From contig CP064967.1 in assembly GCA_016699265.1 (NCBI GenBank), positions 720,001-752,000 of the forward strand: a stretch of 32,000 nt of DNA. The letters run 5' to 3'. A program made the position numbers and the translations under genes. The DNA is from Candidatus Saccharimonadota bacterium (GTDB lineage Bacteria; Patescibacteriota; Microgenomatia; UBA1406; GWC2-37-13). Of the stretch, positions 24,589 to 32,000 are shown in pieces. The notes below the pieces were generated by a model. The model had not been told where the DNA came from. It made no database searches and saw nothing but the letters and a program-made list of their open reading frames with translations. The stretch's first letter is position 1. Every line of letters begins with the position of its first letter.

Positions 24589-27500
24589 ATTTGCTTTGGA
24601 ATCTCGCGTAATATTTATTAATAAGTTCCTCGTTGACCGGTATTAATCGTCCAATTATAACATTTTCTTTCAAACCTAACAAGTAATCCACCTGGCCTTT
24701 GATTGCTGCAGAGCTCAAAACCCCAGTCGTTTGCTCGAATGATGCAGATGACAACCATGAGTCTGTATGTATTGCTGCTTTGGTAATTCCAAGTATTGAA
24801 ACCTTACCGACAGCTGGCTTTGCACCTTGCGCCAAGATCTTCTTATTTTCCTCTTCGAATCGAATTCGAGATACGACCTCGTCCTTAATAAACTCAGTGT
24901 CACCCTCATCTTCGATGATGATCTTTTCACTCATCTTCTTAATAATTACCTCGAAGTGCTTATCGTGAATTGCGATTCCCTGAGATTCGTACACTTTTTG
25001 GATTTCGTCAAGGAGATAGCCCTGTGCGCTATGTAAACCCTTGATTGATAAAATGTCGCTAATATCAAGATATCCTTCTGATAGAGCTGTTCCACGAGCC
25101 ACTAAGTCTCCATCGGCTACCTTAAGCTGCTGTGACATAGGAATCATAAACTCCTGTACCTGTTGATTCTCATCGGCAGAGGTAACCTTTACGATATACA
25201 CATCCTTGCTCAGATCCTCTGTTACAGAAACCTTTCCGCCAACCTCAACGATTGGTGAGATGACCTTAGGTGTACGCGCCTCAAACAGCTCCTCTACTCG
25301 TGGTAGACCTTGTGTAACGTCTGAGATAACGATTCCTCCGAAATGTCGGACACGCATCGTAAGCTGTGTTCCAGGTTCTCCAATTGACTGGGCAGCCATA
25401 ACTCCGACCGGTACACCGATCTCAACGATTCCGCTGTTTGATAGATCGATTCCATAACAGTTCTTACATACTCCGTACTTTGCCTGACAGTAAAGAGCAG
25501 AACCAACCATCACTCGAGTAATACCTTCGGTCTTTAGGAGTGCTACGGCCTGCTCATCAAGCATGTCGCCCTTCTTGAGGATTACTTCCTTCTTTGCGTT
25601 TTCGACGTCTTCTAATAGATATCTTCCTCGTACTCTTTCCGCGAACTTATCACCACGTTCGTCTTCTACGCTCACCACAAGTCCTGTGTCTGTACCACAG
25701 TTCAACTCTCTCACAATTACGTCATGTGAAACATCAACGAGTCTTCTGGTAAGGTATCCTGCGTCTGCCGTCTTAAGAGCTGAGTCGGTAAGACCTTTTC
25801 GTGCTCCTCTTGCTGAGATCACATATTCAAAGATGGAAAGTCCTTCACGATAATTAGATTTAGTCGGAACCTCAATGATTTTACCTAGAGGATCAACGAC
25901 TAGTCCCTTCATAGCAGAAAGCTGCTTAAGCTGCTCTCGTGAGGCACGTGCTCCTCCTGACTTAATTATAATCTTAACAGGATTCTCCTCGTCTAGAATT
26001 GCCCATGTTTTATCTGCTAAATTCTCAGTTGTCTCTATCCAGAGCTTGTTTGAGAATCTTCGCTTTTCTTCGATGGTAAGAAGTCCCTGCTCATAGCTCT
26101 TCTCGAGCTTAACGATCTCTTTCTCGGATTCCTTAATAATTGCTCCTTTGTCGGCGAGAATCTTACAGTCATAAACCGAGACTGAAAGTCCTGCAGAGAT
26201 GGTAGCTCCCCAAAATCCAATTTCCTTCAGTCGATCTATTAGTTCTCCAACCTTCTGGTTATCTTTGTAAATTCTGGTCGCCAAAACGATCAGATCTTTG
26301 ACGTCTGAGGCTTTTATATCCTTGTTGATAAACTGGAGCTCAACAGGAAGTAATTGATTGACCAAAATTCTTCCGACAGATGTTCTAATGACGCTACCCT
26401 TAATCTCAACTAACACTGGCTGTCTAACATTAATCTGATCAAGATGGAACGCGGTTACCGCCTCATCGAGACTGCCGTACGCTTTTAGGGTTTCGTCTTT
26501 GATATCAAGATATCCATTATCCATGGTCGATAGGTAGTAGATACCTAGAGCCATTTCCTTGTTTGGAATTACGATTGGAGATCCGTCTGACGGCTTCAAT
26601 AGATTTTGATATGGCAACATTCTTGTCTTAACCTCCTCAATAGCGGTTGCTGAAAGAGGTACGAACAATCCCATCGCATCTCCATCAAAGTCCGCATTGT
26701 ATCCAGCACAGACAGTAGGATGAAGTTTGATTGCATAGGAATCGGTCAAGACTGGATAGAATGCAAGAATCGAGAGTTTGTGTAGTGTTGGTGCTCGATT
26801 CAGTAACACTGGGTGATTTTTCGTCACCTCTTCGAGAATGTCGTACACAACAGGATCTTTGTGCTCCAAGAATGTCTTCGCACTCTTGATGTTTGGTGCC
26901 AAACCTCTGACGATGATCTCTCGTAGCATGTGTGGCTTGAAAAGCTCTAAGGCCATCTCTTTTGGAACACCGCACTGATCAATTCTCAGTTCAGGTCCGA
27001 CGATAATTGTTGAACGTCCAGAGTAATCTACGCGCTTTCCAAGAAGATTCTGTCGGAATCGTCCTTGCTTACCTCGCAGAACGTCCGATAACGATTTCTG
27101 AATCTTTGAGGCAGATCCTTGAGCTCGTGAACGTCCTCGAGATTTCTGAAGATCAAGAAGAGAGTCAACAGCTTCCTGCAACATTCTCTTTTCGTTTCTC
27201 AGAATGATCTCAGGTGCTCCAAGGTCAATGAGCTGCTTTAAGCGATTGTTTCTATTGATGACTCGTCGATAAAAATCATTTAAGTCTGAGGTGGCGAACT
27301 TTCCTCCTGGAAGCTGTACGACAGGTCGAAGATCTGGTGGGATAACTGGAAGAACGGTGAGCACCATCCATACCGGCATCGTCTTACTCTTAATGAAGGA
27401 TTCGATGACACGAACCTTCTTCAATAACTTGTTTCGTCTTTCACCCTTTGCTTTTGGTAGTTCGTTTAGTGCCTTTGTGTAAAGACCCTGAAGATCAAGA

Positions 27501-28330
27501 TTTGATAAAGTATCATAGACGACCTCAGATCCCATTCCGACCTTTATAAATTTCTCAAGGTTGTACTCTCTAAGGTAGAGATAATCATCTTCTTCAAGAA
27601 GATCGTTCTGTCTTAATGACTTTACGATCTTAATTACACGATCAAAAAATGCTGTCTTTTGAGCCTTTTTCTCAATGAATTTGTTTGAGACCTGCTTGTA
27701 CTGTTCCTTCTCCTTAAGGGATAGCTCCTGAAGCGCGATGGCCGCCTGCTCTTTATTGCTAAGCTTTTTCTCAAGAGCCGCTTTCTGTTTATCGAAACTT
27801 AATCGAACCTCGTCCTTGTCTTTTTCGTGCTGCTCTTCCTCTTTTTTAATCTCTTTTTGCTTGTACTCGTCGAGCGCAACCGCTGTCTTTTTCTGTTTAT
27901 CTTCATTGACCTCGGTCACCAAGTATAACGCGTAATAAATTACTCGTTCAAGTGCCTGTGGAGGCACATCGAGTAGCGTGCTTAATGGCGCTGCAGCTCC
28001 CTTGAAGTACCAAATATGAACAATTGGTGATGCAAGTTTAATGAATCCCATTCTCTCACGTCGAACTGCAGATGTGGTGACCTCTACTCCGCAGCGATCG
28101 CAGACAATGCCCTTATATCTAACTCTTTTGTACTTTCCGCAGTAACATTCGTAGTCTTTGGTTGGGCCAAAAATACGCTCATCAAACAATCCATCCTTTT
28201 CTGGTCGCAATGTTCTGTAGTTAATTGTCTCCGGTTTCGTAACCTCTCCCTTTGCCCACTTTAAGATATCCTCCGGTGACGCAAGGCGAATTTTTAGACC
28301 GCTAAAATCAACTACTGGTAGGTCGTCCAT
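24539..28330 (-). CDS. rpoC: DNA-directed RNA polymerase subunit beta-prime
   Basis: 1263 aa. Zn finger [23 protein letters not shown], catalytic NADFDGD, and trigger-loop and bridge-helix regions. The start overlaps the rpoB stop (TAATG). The 3' end overlaps rpsL by 50 nt. Confidence 0.95.
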   Translation of the reverse strand: MDDLPVVDFSGLKIRLASPEDILKWAKGEVTKPETINYRTLRPEKDGLFDERIFGPTKDYECYCGKYKRVRYKGIVCDRCGVEVTTSAVRRERMGFIKLASPIVHIWYFKGAAAPLSTLLDVPPQALERVIYYALYLVTEVNEDKQKKTAVALDEYKQKEIKKEEEQHEKDKDEVRLSFDKQKAALEKKLSNKEQAAIALQELSLKEKEQYKQVSNKFIEKKAQKTAFFDRVIKIVKSLRQNDLLEEDDYLYLREYNLEKFIKVGMGSEVVYDTLSNLDLQGLYTKALNELPKAKGERRNKLLKKVRVIESFIKSKTMPVWMVLTVLPVIPPDLRPVVQLPGGKFATSDLNDFYRRVINRNNRLKQLIDLGAPEIILRNEKRMLQEAVDSLLDLQKSRGRSRAQGSASKIQKSLSDVLRGKQGRFRQNLLGKRVDYSGRSTIIVGPELRIDQCGVPKEMALELFKPHMLREIIVRGLAPNIKSAKTFLEHKDPVVYDILEEVTKNHPVLLNRAPTLHKLSILAFYPVLTDSYAIKLHPTVCAGYNADFDGDAMGLFVPLSATAIEEVKTRMLPYQNLLKPSDGSPIVIPNKEMALGIYYLSTMDNGYLDIKDETLKAYGSLDEAVTAFHLDQINVRQPVLVEIKGSVIRTSVGRILVNQLLPVELQFINKDIKASDVKDLIVLATRIYKDNQKVGELIDRLKEIGFWGATISAGLSVSVYDCKILADKGAIIKESEKEIVKLEKSYEQGLLTIEEKRRFSNKLWIETTENLADKTWAILDEENPVKIIIKSGGARASREQLKQLSAMKGLVVDPLGKIIEVPTKSNYREGLSIFEYVISARGARKGLTDSALKTADAGYLTRRLVDVSHDVIVRELNCGTDTGLVVSVEDERGDKFAERVRGRYLLEDVENAKKEVILKKGDMLDEQAVALLKTEGITRVMVGSALYCQAKYGVCKNCYGIDLSNSGIVEIGVPVGVMAAQSIGEPGTQLTMRVRHFGGIVISDVTQGLPRVEELFEARTPKVISPIVEVGGKVSVTEDLSKDVYIVKVTSADENQQVQEFMIPMSQQLKVADGDLVARGTALSEGYLDISDILSIKGLHSAQGYLLDEIQKVYESQGIAIHDKHFEVIIKKMSEKIIIEDEGDTEFIKDEVVSRIRFEEENKKILAQGAKPAVGKVSILGITKAAIHTDSWLSSASFEQTTGVLSSAAIKGQVDYLLGLKENVIIGRLIPVNEELINKYYARFQSKYANNQPADQAQETKTS

Positions 28331-31300
28331 TATTTTATGTAATCAACTGCTAATCCTAACGCGTTCAGCTCTTTCAAAAGAACATGGAATGATTCTGGAA
28401 CATTTGACTCTGGAATATCTAGACCCTTAATTATCGACTCGAAGGCCTTTACACGACCTCGTAGATCATCTGATTTAATCGTCAACATCTCCTGAAGAAC
28501 GGCAGGAACTCGATGTGATTCAAGTGCCCAGACCTCCATCTCTCCGAATCTCTGACCTCCCATTTGCGACTTTCCTCCGAGAGGCTGCTGAGTAACAAGC
28601 GAGTAAGGTCCAACTGATCGCGCATGGAACTTATCCTCAATCATGTGAATCAGTTTCAAGATGTATCCGACTCCAACAAGCGCCTTTCGATCAAATGCTT
28701 TACCTGTTTGGCCATCATACAAGGTTCTCTTGCCGTCAACTGGAAGATCTAATTTCTTCAACTCATTCATTATGAAGTCTTCCTGTATCTTCTCAAAGAC
28801 CGGGAAGTTCATTCTTATTCCTTCTTTTTGTGCGACGAATCCTAACATTGTCTCATACAACTGACCAAGATTCATACGTGCAAGAATTGAGAGTGGTGAG
28901 ATAACAACGTCAACTGGGGTTCCATCCTCAAGATAAGGCATGTCCCACTCAGGAAGAATGCGTGAGATGACTCCTTTGTTTCCGTGTCTTCCTGCAAGCT
29001 TATCTCCAACAGTAATCTTTCTCAGCTGAGCAATCGTTACAAGAATTCTCTTGATGACGGTTGGCTCTAGTTCATTTGGGTCCTTCTTTGTATCGATGAT
29101 CTGAATACCTACAACCACTCCTCGTTTACCATATGGCACTCGAAGTGATGTGTCCTTAACGTCCTTTGCCTTCTCTCCAAAGATAGCGCGAAGTAATCTT
29201 TCTTCAGCAGATAGTTCTTTCTCTCCCTTCGGAGCAACTTTACCAACTAAAATATCTCCGCCTTTTACCTCGGTACCGATCACGATAAGTCCATCCTTAT
29301 CAAGATTGGCCAAGACCTCTTCTCGTACATTTGGAATATCTCGTGTTAATTCTTCCGGTCCTAGCTTAGTGTCAACGACATCTGCGATGAACTCTTCACT
29401 TGAGATTGAGGTGAGAAGATCTTTCTTTCTCAGTCTTTCTGAGATTACAAATCCATCCTCATATCCTAGACCGTTCAGTGAGGTGTATGCGACAACGAGA
29501 TTCTGTCCAAGAGCCATACTTCCATCATGAGTTGCTGGTCCATCGACGAGTAAATCTCCTTTTTTAACCTTTTGATTCAGCTCAACCCGTGGTCTTTGAT
29601 CAAACACAACATCCTTGTTTGTCTTGATGAAACGATCAAGGTTATACTCATATTTTTTCTTGTTCTTTGTGGTCAAAACGACCTTCTGACCATCCACATA
29701 CTCAATAACTCCATCTTCCGGTGCGTAGATCGTTCTTCCCAAAGCCTGTGAGATGGTTCGCTCCATACCGGTTCCAACAAAAGGAGCCTCTGGCTGAACC
29801 AACGGTACGGCCTGACATTGCATGTGCGTACCCATCAGGGCTCGACTGGCATCGTCATTTTGTAAAAACGGAATTACTGCTGCGGCTGCTCCAATTACTT
29901 GTCGAGGTGAGATATCGATATAGTCTACCTTCTCGGCTGGGATCTCCACGATATCGCCTTTGTGTCTTGCGACCACAAATTCATCGGTGATAATTCCATC
30001 TTTGCTTAGATTTACCGTATCGGAAGTGATGTAAAATTGCTCTTCATCGTCTGCTTGGAAGTACTCTAAGGCATCGGTGACCTTTGCCATAATCTTACTT
30101 CCAACCTTAATCTTTTCGACTTTTTTGTATGGAGTCTCTAAAAAGTTGTATTTGTTTACACGACTGTATAAAGCCATATAGGTGACCACTCCGATGTTTG
30201 GACCTTCAGGAGATCTAATTGGACAGATGCGTCCATACTGTGAGGCCGAAATATCTCGAATTGAGAATGAAGCACGTTCCTTCTCAATTCCACCTGGTCC
30301 TCCTACTGTAATTCTTCGCAAGTTATCTAGCTCTGATAATGGATTTGTTTGATCTACGATTGTCGAAAGCTGACTTGTTCTGAAGAAGGAGTTTAAGGCT
30401 ACAGTCAAAGGTTTTGAGTTAACTACCTGTGAAGGAATTACATTAACCTCTCCTGCAACTAAGCTCATTCTTTCTTTTATCTCGCGCTCGGCACGCACCA
30501 TTCCTACTCGAATACCATACATTCCTACCAACTCTCCAACTGTGCGAAGTCTTCGATTTCCTAGGTGATCAATATCATCAAATGACTTCTCTCCATTTGT
30601 CATAGAGACAAGATATTTAATGGTCTCGATCACGTCCTGCTTAGTGAGGAGGTAGTTTTCTCGGGTAATTTCTAGGTCTACTCCTAATTTCTTGTTAACT
30701 TTATATCGTCCAACGTCAGACAATGAGTATCGTCTATGGTTGAAGAAAAGATTGTTAATGGTCTCAACTGCGTTATCAAGAATGAGAGGCTCTCCGGGCT
30801 TAACTTTACGATAAATCTCAAGAATTGCTTCATTTCTATTCTGAGTTGCGTCCTTTTTAATTGTTGGGAGAATGTATTTATCAACGAGTGATTGATCAAG
30901 ATCCTTAAAGGACTGAAGAATTTGTGCGGTTGAGTCCCCTTCAAAGATACGAACTAGCGCAGATCCTAAGAACTTTCTCTTTTTGTTTACCTTGACCTCG
31001 ATTAAGTTATTTTTATTGATAGTGATATCTAGCCATGCACCAATGTATGGTCGGATCTCAGCGTTGTATAGGGTTAATCCCGTTGTTTTGTCAATCTCTG
31101 CGGTGAAATATACTCCCGGCGCTCTTACTAACTGGTTTATCACAACGCGCTCGATACCATTGATAATAAAGGTGCCTCGATCTGTCATTTTTGGAAGATT
31201 GAAAAAGTACACATCCTGCTTTTTCTCTTGATTCATCTTTTTATTGATGAGTTTAAGCTTTAGATAAACGGGAGTATCGTAAGTGAGTTTTTTTGCTTTA

Positions 31301-31566
31301 CAAAGTGCTAGAGGATATCTTGGCTCTCCAAAATAAAAATCTTCAAACTCTAATGTAAACTTTTTCCCTGTGTAATCTTCCACAGGGAAAAATTCTTGAA
31401 GTATTTCACGAAGATTTTTTGTAAGAAATTGGTTCCAAGAATTCTTTTGAATTTCGATCAAATCTAATTTCTCTAGATTTGGTTCAGATTTTCCTATGAG
31501 GAGCTCTTTTCTTGGTTGATCGTTTGTATTAGTCAGTTTAGGCATCTCGTATTGTGGCGCGAACAA
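28330..31566 (-). CDS. rpoB: DNA-directed RNA polymerase subunit beta
   Basis: 1078 aa. GRHGNKGVISRI, GGQRFGEMEVWALE and other conserved segments. The ORF track starts at TTG 31566; the ATG at 31545 (MPKLTNT...) is a likelier start. Confidence 0.95.
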   Translation of the reverse strand: MFAPQYEMPKLTNTNDQPRKELLIGKSEPNLEKLDLIEIQKNSWNQFLTKNLREILQEFFPVEDYTGKKFTLEFEDFYFGEPRYPLALCKAKKLTYDTPVYLKLKLINKKMNQEKKQDVYFFNLPKMTDRGTFIINGIERVVINQLVRAPGVYFTAEIDKTTGLTLYNAEIRPYIGAWLDITINKNNLIEVKVNKKRKFLGSALVRIFEGDSTAQILQSFKDLDQSLVDKYILPTIKKDATQNRNEAILEIYRKVKPGEPLILDNAVETINNLFFNHRRYSLSDVGRYKVNKKLGVDLEITRENYLLTKQDVIETIKYLVSMTNGEKSFDDIDHLGNRRLRTVGELVGMYGIRVGMVRAEREIKERMSLVAGEVNVIPSQVVNSKPLTVALNSFFRTSQLSTIVDQTNPLSELDNLRRITVGGPGGIEKERASFSIRDISASQYGRICPIRSPEGPNIGVVTYMALYSRVNKYNFLETPYKKVEKIKVGSKIMAKVTDALEYFQADDEEQFYITSDTVNLSKDGIITDEFVVARHKGDIVEIPAEKVDYIDISPRQVIGAAAAVIPFLQNDDASRALMGTHMQCQAVPLVQPEAPFVGTGMERTISQALGRTIYAPEDGVIEYVDGQKVVLTTKNKKKYEYNLDRFIKTNKDVVFDQRPRVELNQKVKKGDLLVDGPATHDGSMALGQNLVVAYTSLNGLGYEDGFVISERLRKKDLLTSISSEEFIADVVDTKLGPEELTRDIPNVREEVLANLDKDGLIVIGTEVKGGDILVGKVAPKGEKELSAEERLLRAIFGEKAKDVKDTSLRVPYGKRGVVVGIQIIDTKKDPNELEPTVIKRILVTIAQLRKITVGDKLAGRHGNKGVISRILPEWDMPYLEDGTPVDVVISPLSILARMNLGQLYETMLGFVAQKEGIRMNFPVFEKIQEDFIMNELKKLDLPVDGKRTLYDGQTGKAFDRKALVGVGYILKLIHMIEDKFHARSVGPYSLVTQQPLGGKSQMGGQRFGEMEVWALESHRVPAVLQEMLTIKSDDLRGRVKAFESIIKGLDIPESNVPESFHVLLKELNALGLAVDYIK

Positions 31567-31585
31567 CTATTGAGGGATCGTTTCT

Positions 31586-31613
31586 ATAAACAAAACGCCC
31601 CGCCCATGCGGGG
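31586..31613 (-). terminator. rho-independent terminator between the YtxH-like gene and rpoB
   Basis: CCCCGC (31598-31603), loop CCAT, GCGGGG (31608-31613). On the minus strand the stem is followed by CGTTTTGTTTAT. Confidence 0.7.
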
Positions 31614-31673
31614 TTTGTTATTAAAACTCCTATACTATACAGCAAGTATTTTTATTTTGCAAGTGCAATTGAA

Positions 31674-32000
31674 CTAGTGTACTACCTTGCCGTTTCTTAC
31701 CTCAAAGTTGTGCGTTTTGGTCTGAGATCGCGCTGCAAAGTCTATAACTGTTTTAAGAAGAGTTTGAAGCAAAGATTCTTTTTCCTCTACGACTGAACCT
31801 GCCTCGGCACCTTTATCCCTGCCAACTGTCTCTGAACCTGCGAGTCCATCAATATACTCTTCTCCAACGCCTCCCATCGCCTTCTCAACGGTCTCCTCCA
31901 AATTCTCGGTAAGTTCCAGCGCCTTATGAAGATTCTTCCGGCCTTGTTCGGTACCAAATAGATACACGCCAGCAACTCCCATGATAGTACCAAGTGAGAA
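31674..32000 (-). CDS. YtxH-like small membrane/stress protein, 5' end outside the window
   Basis: The frame is open to the window edge (FSLGTIMGVAGVYLFGTEQGRKNLHKALE...). A hydrophobic helix followed by GxxxGRK and then a helical acidic region resembles YtxH-domain proteins. The call is from memory. Confidence 0.4.
   Translation of the reverse strand, partial: FSLGTIMGVAGVYLFGTEQGRKNLHKALELTENLEETVEKAMGGVGEEYIDGLAGSETVGRDKGAEAGSVVEEKESLLQTLLKTVIDFAARSQTKTHNFEVRNGKVVH

Noticed and set aside
27400-27950. Long Lys/Glu-rich coiled-coil stretch near the rpoC N-terminus as a possible foreign insertion
   Set aside because: This region between the Zn-binding domain and the conserved [13 protein letters not shown] segment varies in length among bacterial beta-prime subunits. 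Nothing in the DNA (repeats, frame change, composition shift) marks an insertion.
24699-31231. Many 60-126-aa ORFs antisense to, or out of frame within, rpoB and rpoC (for example 24699-24968, 25563-25853, 26685-26975, 29150-29530, 30684-30944)
   Set aside because: They lie entirely inside strongly supported conserved genes, have Ser/Arg/Leu-rich low-complexity translations, and have no independent start context.

Overview
This is an AT-rich (roughly 35-40% GC by eye), tightly packed bacterial chromosome segment. The short rpoB/rpoC, several GT-C glycosyltransferases and the near absence of Shine-Dalgarno motifs suggest an uncultivated small-genome (Patescibacteria/CPR-like) bacterium; that placement is inference only. 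Layout: (1) 1-7341 is a cell-envelope glycosylation cluster with three polytopic GT-C-like membrane proteins, two GT2 enzymes and one GT4 enzyme. (2) 7343-18189 holds housekeeping and division genes: a CPBP-like membrane protein, an XRE regulator, rpoD-dnaG, a PilM-like/LytR_C membrane protein, a GNAT, prfB, a small anchored protein, ftsE-ftsX and a secreted coiled-coil plus C39-like cysteine peptidase. (3) 18190-21505 is a looser patch: radC broken by two frameshifts, a four-helix-bundle (23S-IVS/Avd-like) ORF, nth, a 730-bp gene-free stretch and an LpxH-like metallophosphoesterase. (4) 21506-31566 is the str/rpo block: fusA with a frameshift in an A-run, rpsG, rpsL, rpoC and rpoB, followed by a terminator and a partial YtxH-like gene. 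I saw no rRNA, tRNA, CRISPR array, transposase, integrase, reverse transcriptase or recognisable defence gene. Features worth a second look: (a) nearly every intergenic spacer is built from its own 7- or 8-nt word repeated in phase. (b) The four-helix-bundle ORF sits between two repeat blocks that occur directly abutted, without the ORF, 2.4 kb away. (c) A roughly 50-65-nt TTAACG/CGTTAA element is duplicated in front of ftsE and in front of the hydrolase gene. (d) The same 19-nt GC-rich palindromic sequence lies after prfB and in frame inside a GT2 gene. (e) The 730-bp gap contains two GC-richer, hairpin-rich islands. (f) TATAAT boxes lie 5-9 nt upstream of start codons, suggesting leaderless mRNAs. 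(g) Several 1-nt homopolymer frameshifts occur, including one in essential fusA, so assembly indel errors must be excluded before any pseudogene is called.
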